Shown here piece after piece: positions 30,421-38,578 of a DNA stretch of 64,000 nucleotides. Position 1 is the stretch's first letter. Each line of letters starts with the position of its first letter. A program made the translations under genes and the position numbers. The notes under the pieces are model-generated. The model was not told where the DNA came from and made no database searches. It saw nothing but the letters and a program-made list of their open reading frames with translations. This DNA is from Alphaproteobacteria bacterium (GTDB lineage Bacteria > Pseudomonadota > Alphaproteobacteria > G965222575): positions 896,001 to 960,000 of the forward strand of contig OZ244958.1 in the NCBI GenBank assembly GCA_965222575.1, given 5' to 3'.

Positions 30421-33075
30421 ATGAGCAAGAAGAGTAAGTGGATTTATACCTTTAGCGAGGAGGGCTCTTGTGGTAGTGCTGGTATGGCAGAGATTCTAGG
30501 GGTGAAGGGTGCCAATTTAGCGCAAATGTGTCTGTTGCATCTTCCCGTTCCGCCCGGTTTTACCATTAGCACGGATGTGTGCAATGTCTATTATGCCAAT
30601 GAAAGAAAGCTATCGAAAGAGTATATCGAGGCGATTAAGGCTTCCCTGAGTTTTATTGAGTCCAAAAGTTCACGAGTATTTGGAGATGTGAACAATCCTT
30701 TATTGCTATCGGTTCGTTCTGGGGCAGCGGTTTCCATGCCGGGCATGATGGATACGATTTTGAATTTGGGTCTTAATGAGGAGACAACAGAGGGGTTAGG
30801 GAGAAAAACAGGGAATCGTCGCTTTGCCTTGGACAGCCGGCGCCGATTTATACAGATGTATAGCACAGTTGTTGAAGGCATAAGAGGAGACCGTTTTGAG
30901 GAGATTCTCAACAGAGTGAAATTAGAGAAGGGGATTTTAGTTGATGGAGAGTTAGGAGAAGCGGAATTAGAAGAGATAATAGAAGAGTATTTATCGTTGG
31001 TAGAGGAGACGACGGGGGCATCATTTGAAGAGGATGTTTTGCAGCAGCTTTTAGGAGCCATTGGTGCGGTTTTTGACTCTTGGATGAGTGATAGAGCCAA
31101 GCAATATCGTTTACTGCATAAGATTTCCTCGACGACAAAGACAAGTGTGACTGTTCAAGCTATGGTCTTTGGGAATCTCGGCAAGACCTCTGCCACAGGT
31201 GTTGCCTTCAGTCGCAATCCTTCTACAGGAGAGAAAGAGCTGTACGGAGAATTTTTGGTGAATGCCCAAGGGGAAGATATTGTCTCTGGAGCTCGCACGC
31301 CTATGAGTTTACAAGCTAAGGAGGGAGGAGCGCTGTCTCTTGAGGTGATGATGCCTTCTTCTTATGAGGCTCTTCAGAAGATTTGTTCTATCCTTGAGTT
31401 CTATTACAAGGACATGCAGGATATGGAGTTTACCATAGAGGAAGGGAAGCTTTGGATGTTGCAAACGCGTGAGGGGAAAAGGACCATAGGGTCTGCGTTA
31501 CAGAGTGCTCTTGATATGGTATCGGAAGGCTTGATTACCAAGGAGGAAGCACTATTACGTTTACCGGCGGAGCAGTTGGGTCATTTATTTCACCATCAGG
31601 TATCTGGAGAGGAGGAGAGGATGGTGGTTGGTCGAGGGTTGCCTGCGAGTCCTGGAGCGGCGCGTGGGCGGATTGTTTTTTCTGCACTTCGAGCCATGGA
31701 AGCGTCTAAGGAAGGAGAGGAAGTGATTTTATTTCGTTCTGAGACGTCTCCTGAAGACATAGGAGGCATGGCAGCGGCGTGCGGAATAGTGACGAGTTGC
31801 GGTGGTATGACGAGTCATGCTGCGGTGGTAGCGCGAGGAATGGGGAAGCCTTGTATTGTGGGGGCCAGTGATATTTCCATTGATGTGGAGAGGAAAAAGG
31901 TGATTACGGCGCGTGGTGATGTGTTGGAGGAAGGGGCTTTTGTGACGATAGACTCTCAGAGAGGAGAGATTATGCTTGGGTTGCTGAAGATGGAGACGCC
32001 GTCTTTACCGTTAGCCTATGATAAGATTATGTCATGGGCAGATGAAGTACGGGTACTTGGGTTGCGTGCTAATGCTGATACGCCTCAGGATACGGAGCTT
32101 GCGCTATCACTTGGTGCAGAAGGGATAGGATTGTGTCGAACGGAACATATGTTTTTTGCCTCTGATAGACTAAGGTTAATAAGGATGTGTATTTTTTCCT
32201 CCTCTGAAGAGGTTCGTCAAAAAGCGCTAGATGCATTACTACCGCTTCAGAAGCAGGATTTCATAGAGATTTTTTCTTGTTTAGGAGGGTTACCAGCAAC
32301 GATTCGTCTTTTAGACCCTCCGTTACACGAGTTTTTGCCTCAAAAGGAGGAGGATTTTGCTCTTTTAGCGCAGGAGTTAGAGTTATCATTAGGAGATGTT
32401 CAGAATCGCTACAGGATTTTGAAAGAAACCAATCCCATGCTAGGTCACCGCGGTTGTCGTTTAGGGATAAGCTATCCATCAATTTATAGGATGCAAAGCG
32501 AAGCAATTTTAGGAGCGGCAGCAGTGGTACAGAAGCAAGGGATAAAAGTGAATCCTGAGGTAATGATTCCTCTCGTGATAACAGCTGAAGAGCTTAGGAT
32601 TTTAAGGGATATGATTATGGAGTGTGCAAAAAGGATAGAAAAGCAGGAAGGGATAAAGCTTTGTTTTGCTATTGGGACAATGATAGAAACGCCGCGTGCG
32701 GCTTTGTTAGCCGATGAGATAGCGCAATATGCGGAATTTTTCAGTTTTGGCACGAACGACTTAACACAAACGACTTTAGGGTTATCTAGGGATGATGCGC
32801 ATTTTTTAGCGGACTATACGCAACAAGAGATTTTGAAAGAGGACCCGTTTAGCACACTTGATACAGCTGGGGTAGGGCAGTTGATAAAAATTGCCATGAA
32901 GAAAGGGTTGGAAGCCCGTAAAGGTCTTAAGATAGGGATATGCGGAGAACATGGGGGAGACCCTAGAAGCATCAGGTTTTTTCATTGTGAGAAGATGGAT
33001 TATATTTCCTGTTCTTCCTATCGTCTTCCTATTGCGCGCTTAGCAGCGGCGCAAGCTGTTCTTAAAGACTCATAA
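30421..33075 (+). CDS. ppdK: Pyruvate, phosphate dikinase
   Basis: SVRSGA.VSMPGMMDT, GGMTSHAAVVARG and FSFGTNDLTQ motifs. Confidence 0.97.
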   Translation: MSKKSKWIYTFSEEGSCGSAGMAEILGVKGANLAQMCLLHLPVPPGFTISTDVCNVYYANERKLSKEYIEAIKASLSFIESKSSRVFGDVNNPLLLSVRSGAAVSMPGMMDTILNLGLNEETTEGLGRKTGNRRFALDSRRRFIQMYSTVVEGIRGDRFEEILNRVKLEKGILVDGELGEAELEEIIEEYLSLVEETTGASFEEDVLQQLLGAIGAVFDSWMSDRAKQYRLLHKISSTTKTSVTVQAMVFGNLGKTSATGVAFSRNPSTGEKELYGEFLVNAQGEDIVSGARTPMSLQAKEGGALSLEVMMPSSYEALQKICSILEFYYKDMQDMEFTIEEGKLWMLQTREGKRTIGSALQSALDMVSEGLITKEEALLRLPAEQLGHLFHHQVSGEEERMVVGRGLPASPGAARGRIVFSALRAMEASKEGEEVILFRSETSPEDIGGMAAACGIVTSCGGMTSHAAVVARGMGKPCIVGASDISIDVERKKVITARGDVLEEGAFVTIDSQRGEIMLGLLKMETPSLPLAYDKIMSWADEVRVLGLRANADTPQDTELALSLGAEGIGLCRTEHMFFASDRLRLIRMCIFSSSEEVRQKALDALLPLQKQDFIEIFSCLGGLPATIRLLDPPLHEFLPQKEEDFALLAQELELSLGDVQNRYRILKETNPMLGHRGCRLGISYPSIYRMQSEAILGAAAVVQKQGIKVNPEVMIPLVITAEELRILRDMIMECAKRIEKQEGIKLCFAIGTMIETPRAALLADEIAQYAEFFSFGTNDLTQTTLGLSRDDAHFLADYTQQEILKEDPFSTLDTAGVGQLIKIAMKKGLEARKGLKIGICGEHGGDPRSIRFFHCEKMDYISCSSYRLPIARLAAAQAVLKDS

Positions 33076-33441
33076 TGTGAGGCTCACTAGTGAGGGCTCA
33101 CAATACCAAAAGTTGAGTCAATAATAGAAAGATTGACGGCATAGCGGCCCTCTAAGTCAGGGCTCACAATATCAATCACTCCTCCAAATTGGATACCCCC
33201 CTCTAATGGCATAGCGGCCCTCTAAATGAGGGCTCACGATACTCATTCTCACGATAAGCATTAGCCGTTCTCAGGTATAGCGGCCCTCTATTTGAGGGCT
33301 CACGATACTCATCCATGCCTATTTAACACTTCACCCTCTGGTATAGCGGCCCTCTATTTGAGGGCTCACGATACTGACATGAAAACCTTTATGACAGAAG
33401 GTCGTGGTATAGCGGCCCTCTATTTGAGGGCTCACGATACT
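33072..33441 (+). CRISPR. CRISPR sub-array A (older, degenerate end), type VI-B/Cas13bt-like repeat
   Basis: 36-nt repeats start at 33072 (3' half only), 33138, 33208, 33274, 33340 and 33406. Consensus GGTATAGCGGCCCTCTATTTGAGGGCTCACGATACT. Spacers are 30, 34, 30, 30 and 30 nt. Strand is inferred. Confidence 0.95.
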
Positions 33442-33519
33442 GAGTACCGTGTAACCCTTTGATACAAGACTACTAACCTGGACTTACTGTTAGCGAAAAT
33501 CGCTACTGCCAGCAATAAT

Positions 33520-33667
33520 CTACTCATTTTTTTCCATTACGTCAAGAGACTTCATCCAAACAGTAAACACTTTTTTTACAGGTAAGCGGCGATTGAGCCT
33601 TTTCCCCTTCCAATCCTCTAAAACCTTATGCTCCTTTTTACCTTTGAACCTTCTTTGCGGGAACTTT
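33520..33667 (-). pseudogene. 3'-terminal remnant (48 codons plus stop) of a diverged copy of the 409-aa array-associated gene
   Basis: Translates in frame as KFPQRRFKGKKEHKVLEDWKGKRLNRRLPVKKVFTVWMKSLDVMEKNE*; the intact gene reads KFPKRRFKGKKGHKVLEDWKGKRFNRRKPVKKVFAVWMKSLDVMEKNE*. Confidence 0.9.
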
Positions 33668-33901
33668 GGTATAGCGGCCCTCTATTTGAGGGCTCACGAT
33701 ACCGATGATAATCACCCTAAAGATATCCTCAGGGGTATAGCGGCCCTCTATTTGAGGACTCACGATACCAAAGTAATCACTACATGTAAACATCCCTACG
33801 GTATAGCGGCCCTCTATTTGAGGGCTCACGATACCAAGATATTCTTGACATTGCCGAGTTATTGTGGTATAGCGGCCCTCTATTTGAGGGCTCACGATAC
33901 C
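33668..33901 (+). CRISPR. CRISPR sub-array B
   Basis: 36-nt repeats GGTATAGCGGCCCTCTATTTGAGGGCTCACGATACC start at 33668, 33734, 33800 and 33866; three unique 30-nt spacers. Confidence 0.97.
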
Positions 33902-33981
33902 AAGTACCGTGTAACCCTTTGATAATAAGACTACTATACATGGACTTACTGTTAGCGAAATCGCTAACAACCAGCAATAAT
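33902..33981. promoter_or_regulatory. Leader-like array flank; diverged copy at 33442-33519
   Basis: About 80 nt conserved after the last repeat of both sub-arrays; contains hairpin TGTTAGCG-AAAT-CGCTAACA (33950-33969). Confidence 0.6.
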
Positions 33982-35211
33982 CTACTCATTTTTTTCCATT
34001 ACGTCAAGAGACTTCATCCAAACAGCAAACACTTTTTTCACAGGCTTGCGACGATTGAACCTCTTCCCCTTCCAATCCTCTAAAACCTTATGCCCCTTTT
34101 TACCTTTGAACCTTCTTTTCGGGAATTTTGTGCCTCTTGCGCTCGTTTTATATGTAAAATCCTTAATGCATTTTCTCAGAGCCTTATATAAGGCTCTCTT
34201 ATCATCAGTGCTTAATTCTGCTGCTATGCACTGAAAAACCTCTTCTTTTTTAAGATACTCTCCTTTTTTATCCTCTATTTCAAAGAAAAGCCTGCCATGA
34301 CGAAAATTCTGCTCTATCTTGCCTAGCTTATCTTTCAGATACCCTTTTCTGTTCAGAAGTGCCTTATCCTCTTTTAGAGGCTTCAGAAAAACCTTGCATT
34401 GTTCAGACATCTTACGAGCACACCATATCACATTATAAATATACCTTTGACGCACAGTTTTATCTCTTTGCGTTTCTTCTTCTGGGTTTTCAAGTGTCTT
34501 AAATTCCTCAAGCCCCTTCTCAATATACTTATCTACAGAGTCTTCCATGTTTTGTAATTCAAACTTTTTGTGTTTTCTCACAGAGCCGTGTTGTCTTAAT
34601 TTATCTTTTGGTGTTTTGCTCTTTTTGAAGTTCTTCCAATTCTCAAGGCAACACGCATACCTATCAGGAAATTTTTGTTGTACAAACTCCAAGACTTTAG
34701 CAACTGTTTTCGCTTCTAAGAAAGCAAACAGGGCTTGTTCAACGGCCTCAGAAGAGAGTGCACACCGCTCAGGTTTTTCCCTTGAATCATCAGGATGGTG
34801 TAGAATATGACGAGCCGTTATCAATGTTTTCCAGTGTTCCATAAAGGACTCTGGAGTTAGGTATTGAAAGTCTGTACTGTGCCTTAAGTTATTGAGTATT
34901 CTTGTTTTTCTCTCCTTGTTTTCTAAAGTGCATTCCATCACCTTAAGATATTGCTCACTTCCTAAAGGGTCTTGTTGAGTAGAGTAGAGGACTTCCTCAA
35001 ATGTTTCAGTGTGGATGTTTTTTTTCTTGCAGAGGTTTTTATGCCCTTTCCAGCTTCTTTGTCCCGATGCTTCTGTTTGGCGAAAAACCATCTCCTGAAG
35101 AATAAAAAGGATAGACTTCCCTGCTTCTTTTAGGAAGTTCTTATAAGATAAGCGCTCTGTCTCTTGTAGTTTTGAGACTGCATCTAAAAACGTTGTCTTA
35201 TGGTCGCTCAT
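33982..35211 (-). CDS. CRISPR-adjacent HEPN-like protein, candidate miniature Cas13-like (type VI) effector, 409 aa
   Basis: R-x4-H motif RHILHH (R134-H139); second HEPN-like site EQNFRHG (E300-H305); Lys-rich; ends 80 nt from the array. Confidence 0.7.
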   Translation of the reverse strand: MSDHKTTFLDAVSKLQETERLSYKNFLKEAGKSILFILQEMVFRQTEASGQRSWKGHKNLCKKKNIHTETFEEVLYSTQQDPLGSEQYLKVMECTLENKERKTRILNNLRHSTDFQYLTPESFMEHWKTLITARHILHHPDDSREKPERCALSSEAVEQALFAFLEAKTVAKVLEFVQQKFPDRYACCLENWKNFKKSKTPKDKLRQHGSVRKHKKFELQNMEDSVDKYIEKGLEEFKTLENPEEETQRDKTVRQRYIYNVIWCARKMSEQCKVFLKPLKEDKALLNRKGYLKDKLGKIEQNFRHGRLFFEIEDKKGEYLKKEEVFQCIAAELSTDDKRALYKALRKCIKDFTYKTSARGTKFPKRRFKGKKGHKVLEDWKGKRFNRRKPVKKVFAVWMKSLDVMEKNE

Positions 35212-35264
35212 TTTGTCTTTGATTCTGTTGAGTGACGAAGTGGCAGAGCCTCTCTGCTGTTTTT

Positions 35265-36296
35265 TTATTTTACCCCTTTCTCCTTCATAGCATTTTTCAG
35301 GTATTCTATCACTTTTTCCAGCCCTTTTCTACTATAAGCAGGTGGAAAATTTGGAGAATGTATTGCCAAGCTTCTTTCTGCCATATCAAGAGGTGTTTGT
35401 CCTCTTTTATCCTTGAGATAGATATCGGCACCCTCTTTGACGAGGAGTTCAACAACATCTATACTTCCTTGATAGGCGGCGTTATGAAGCAGTGTTCTCT
35501 TATCATTTTTGGAAATGACATGGATATTAGCTCCTAGGTGCATCAGATAGCTGAGTGTTTTGATACCACTATAGGCATACCACACAGGTGTATGATTGCC
35601 GTAATGGGTTTTGGCTTCAATATTTGCTCCTGCCTTTATTAGGAGCTCTGCGATATCTTTATAATCAAAGGAACTTGCGTAGTGGAGGGGAGTCTTGCCT
35701 TCTAGGTCTTGTATATCCACAGAGGCTCCAGCCTTTATCAGAATCTCCACTAAGTCTTTCTCTCCGATCCAAGCGGCATCATGGAGTGCTGAATTGCCGG
35801 GATTACTTGATGTCACATTAACATTCGCGCCTTTTTTGATGAGATACAGCACTATATCGAGCTGAGAATTTTTAGTGACTGCATACATGAGTGGGGTTTG
35901 GTTCTTGTGATCCTTGACATTGACGGGACAGCCTGCCTCTATAAGAGTTTTGACAATTTTGAAATGACCATTCAGAGTTGCCAGATGGAGCGGTGTTTGA
36001 TGCGTACGATTTTTACCTGCTATTTTTGCGCCCATTTTCAGTAGGTAGTTCACAATCTCTAAGTGACCATTAGAGGCTGCGAGGTGAAGTGGTGTAGGGC
36101 GCAAGGGACTATCCCTCAAAAAAGGCGGTAGAGGCCTCTTGCTTTCATCTGGGGCATTAACAGAGACACCTTGTTTTATGAGGTCTTTGACTTTCTGAAG
36201 ATTTCCCTCTTTTGCTGCATTGTGTATCGGGGCACAAGTCCCTTGATTAAGAGTGCATAGCACGAGCAAGGCAGACAAAAGAAGAAGTGTTCGCAT
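35265..36296 (-). CDS. Ankyrin repeat protein with signal peptide
   Basis: Repeated TPLH.AA..G motifs; hydrophobic N-terminus MRTLLLLSALLVLC. Confidence 0.92.
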   Translation of the reverse strand: MRTLLLLSALLVLCTLNQGTCAPIHNAAKEGNLQKVKDLIKQGVSVNAPDESKRPLPPFLRDSPLRPTPLHLAASNGHLEIVNYLLKMGAKIAGKNRTHQTPLHLATLNGHFKIVKTLIEAGCPVNVKDHKNQTPLMYAVTKNSQLDIVLYLIKKGANVNVTSSNPGNSALHDAAWIGEKDLVEILIKAGASVDIQDLEGKTPLHYASSFDYKDIAELLIKAGANIEAKTHYGNHTPVWYAYSGIKTLSYLMHLGANIHVISKNDKRTLLHNAAYQGSIDVVELLVKEGADIYLKDKRGQTPLDMAERSLAIHSPNFPPAYSRKGLEKVIEYLKNAMKEKGVK

Positions 36297-36379
36297 GGGC
36301 TAATGAAAAGATATCACAGGGGATTTTTTGTGTCAATTTGTGTGTTAGGCGCTTGACTTGACAGGAGAGCAGAGAGAGT
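35949..36379. repeat. About 430-bp direct repeat; second copy at 38037-38467
   Basis: Near-identical 5' part of the ankyrin gene plus its upstream region; offset 2088 nt. Confidence 0.93.
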
Positions 36380-36504
36380 TATACCCTGAGGGCATGACAA
36401 CTTACGCTGTAAGTCTTTCCTGCTTTCTCTTGCTGAGTTAAAACTGTAATTTTCAAAATCCTATCCACATCATGGGTGCCTATACGTGGAGGGATAACAG
36501 GAAA

Positions 36505-37032
36505 CTAATGCGCTAATTTATCTTTATCATCAGGTATTTTTATCATTGTATTGAATGTGTAAACCACCACTACAAATGTACTAAATGTATAGGTAAATAG
36601 ACTCACCCAAAGTGATATGCACATATATGAAAAAACACCAAAAGATTGAAGTTGGAAAGGGAAGATTAGCCCTAGTAATGCTGGTATCAAAGTAGCAAAT
36701 CCAAGCTTGATAACTCTTATTAAATCAGATTGAAATTTTTTCATAGCAGGTGTGCCGGAAACAGCAACAATGAATTTATTGCTTTTACTATGGGTATAGA
36801 CAAAAACAGAAAACAAAAATCCTGTCTGAATGGCACACCAATCGAAACCAGCATTGAACAATCCTTCTAGAGAGATGCGTTCAGACTCTATAAACATCAG
36901 TATTTTCTCATGTTGCCAGAGGAATACTATCCACAGCAAAACACAAAATATAAACAACCAATGCTTTTTTAGGGACTCAAAGGACACTTGGCTAGCCTTA
37001 GTTTTTGATAAATTGATACAAGTTGTATTCAT
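36505..37032 (-). CDS. Hypothetical multi-pass membrane protein
   Basis: About four hydrophobic segments; AT-rich; 27 nt downstream of 37060..37881. Confidence 0.75.
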   Translation of the reverse strand: MNTTCINLSKTKASQVSFESLKKHWLFIFCVLLWIVFLWQHEKILMFIESERISLEGLFNAGFDWCAIQTGFLFSVFVYTHSKSNKFIVAVSGTPAMKKFQSDLIRVIKLGFATLIPALLGLIFPFQLQSFGVFSYMCISLWVSLFTYTFSTFVVVVYTFNTMIKIPDDKDKLAH

Positions 37033-37059
37033 TCGTTTTCAAACATCTCTTAATGAGTT

Positions 37060-37881
37060 TCACTTTTCGAGATATATTTTAAAATAGTCTTTATGGTTTT
37101 CCAACCTTTCCTTGATAAGCTTTACTCTAAGTGAATAACTTTCTTTTGGATCAGAAATTGATTTAAAATCAATTTTATCTTTAAGCATTTCATTTAAAAG
37201 ATCAATTTCATTAGGGTCATCTGCTACTTTTACTTTTACAGACTCTGCTGTTCCTTCTTTTAATAGCTTTAAAAGTGTTTTCAAGCTATCCTTAAGCACC
37301 TTTTTTGTGCGTCCCACACTAAGTTCAATAGTGATATATGGGGCGTTAGAGAGTTTTTGTATCTCTTCCATGCTCTTATTGAAGGGATGAGATTGAAAAT
37401 TCTTTATTTGTGCGGTTTTAACTTTAATTCTCGTCAGTTCCCCACTCTCAATTTTTGGCCATACCTCCTTACCACGAATAGGCCGGAAGCAAAAACCATT
37501 ACTCGAATTATGTTCCTTTAGGTATTGTCCTATTTTTGATAACCCTAAAATGTGATTATTATACTGAATTGCTAAAATGCTTAGAGGTACATTAAAAACA
37601 AATGCCATACTGTACCCAATTTTATCAGCTTCAAGTTTAACAAGGTGCTCTTTTTTTACCTGTGCAGGAAGGTTATCTGTCTGTATTCGAATCATATCCC
37701 CTGAGAAGATATCACCATCTTCTTCAAGATGCTGAAGACGCATATTTACTTCATTAATAAACTTTTCTCTTGCTTCTACAGATTCCTTCTTGAGATCTTT
37801 CAAAGCACTGGAGAATTCTCTATTCCCAGTATCTGATAGGACAACCTGAAAATACCGTACAGTGATCTTTACATCGCTCAA
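37060..37881 (-). CDS. Hypothetical protein (possibly DUF6731-like)
   Basis: 273-aa AT-rich ORF; family resemblance from memory only. Confidence 0.6.
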   Translation of the reverse strand: MSDVKITVRYFQVVLSDTGNREFSSALKDLKKESVEAREKFINEVNMRLQHLEEDGDIFSGDMIRIQTDNLPAQVKKEHLVKLEADKIGYSMAFVFNVPLSILAIQYNNHILGLSKIGQYLKEHNSSNGFCFRPIRGKEVWPKIESGELTRIKVKTAQIKNFQSHPFNKSMEEIQKLSNAPYITIELSVGRTKKVLKDSLKTLLKLLKEGTAESVKVKVADDPNEIDLLNEMLKDKIDFKSISDPKESYSLRVKLIKERLENHKDYFKIYLEK

Positions 37882-37964
37882 GATAGCACTCCCTTTCTTA
37901 ACAACACAAGAGCATTGTACTTAGTTTCCTTGGAACAAGCAATCATAACTTTATGACCACTAAT

Positions 37965-38384
37965 CTACAGAAATGTGGTGTAACTCTTTCCTGTCTTTTC
38001 CAAAGTCGCATCTTTGCCCGTCATCTCCTGCCAACGTTTGACAATTTTGAAATGACCATTCAGAGTTGCCAGATGGAGCGGTGTTTGATGCGTACGATTT
38101 TTACCTGCTATTTTTGCGCCCATTTTCAGTAGGTAGTTCACAATCTCTAAGTGACCATTAGAGGCTGCGAGGTGAAGTGGTGTAGGGCGCAAGGGACTAT
38201 CCCTCAAAAAAGGCGGTAGAGGCCTCTTGCTTTCATCTGGGGCATTAACAGAGACACCTTGTTTTATGAGGTCTTTGACTTTCTGAAGATTTCCCTCTTT
38301 TGCTGCATTGTGTATCGGGGCACAAGTCCCTTGATTAAGAGTGCATAGCACGAGCAAGGCAGACAAAAGAAGAAGTGTTCGCAT
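37965..38384 (-). pseudogene. Truncated duplicate of the ankyrin gene fused to an unrelated C-terminus
   Basis: Identical to 35265..36296 up to HFKIVK, then RWQEMTGKDATLEKTGKSYTTFL*. Confidence 0.8.
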
Positions 38385-38578
38385 GGGCTAATGAAAAGAT
38401 ATCACAGGGGATTTTTTGTGTCAATTTGTGTGTTCGGCGCTTGACTTGACAGGAGAGCAGAGAGAGTCATACTCTAACAGGATGACAATGCGCTTTATTA
38501 TAGCAGTCTGTTCACGAAAGACAAAAAGGACGAGTACGGTAAGATTACAATAGTGGAAACCAAAAGAAGTGATATCTC

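Noticed and set aside
33704..33733. Spacer resembling a prophage gene at about 59150-59179 (minus strand)
   Set aside because: Only 20/30 identity, which is about what chance gives across the window. I saw no convincing self- or prophage-targeting spacer by eye, but did not search exhaustively.
33593..33989. ORFs 33593..33922, 33638..33970 and 33780..33989
   Set aside because: Artefacts of the 66-nt repeat-spacer period of the CRISPR array.
35041..35058. Additional R-x4-H match (RSWKGH, residues 52-57) in the candidate effector
   Set aside because: Lacks the N/H/Q second position and the hydrophobic helical context of HEPN motifs; probably chance.
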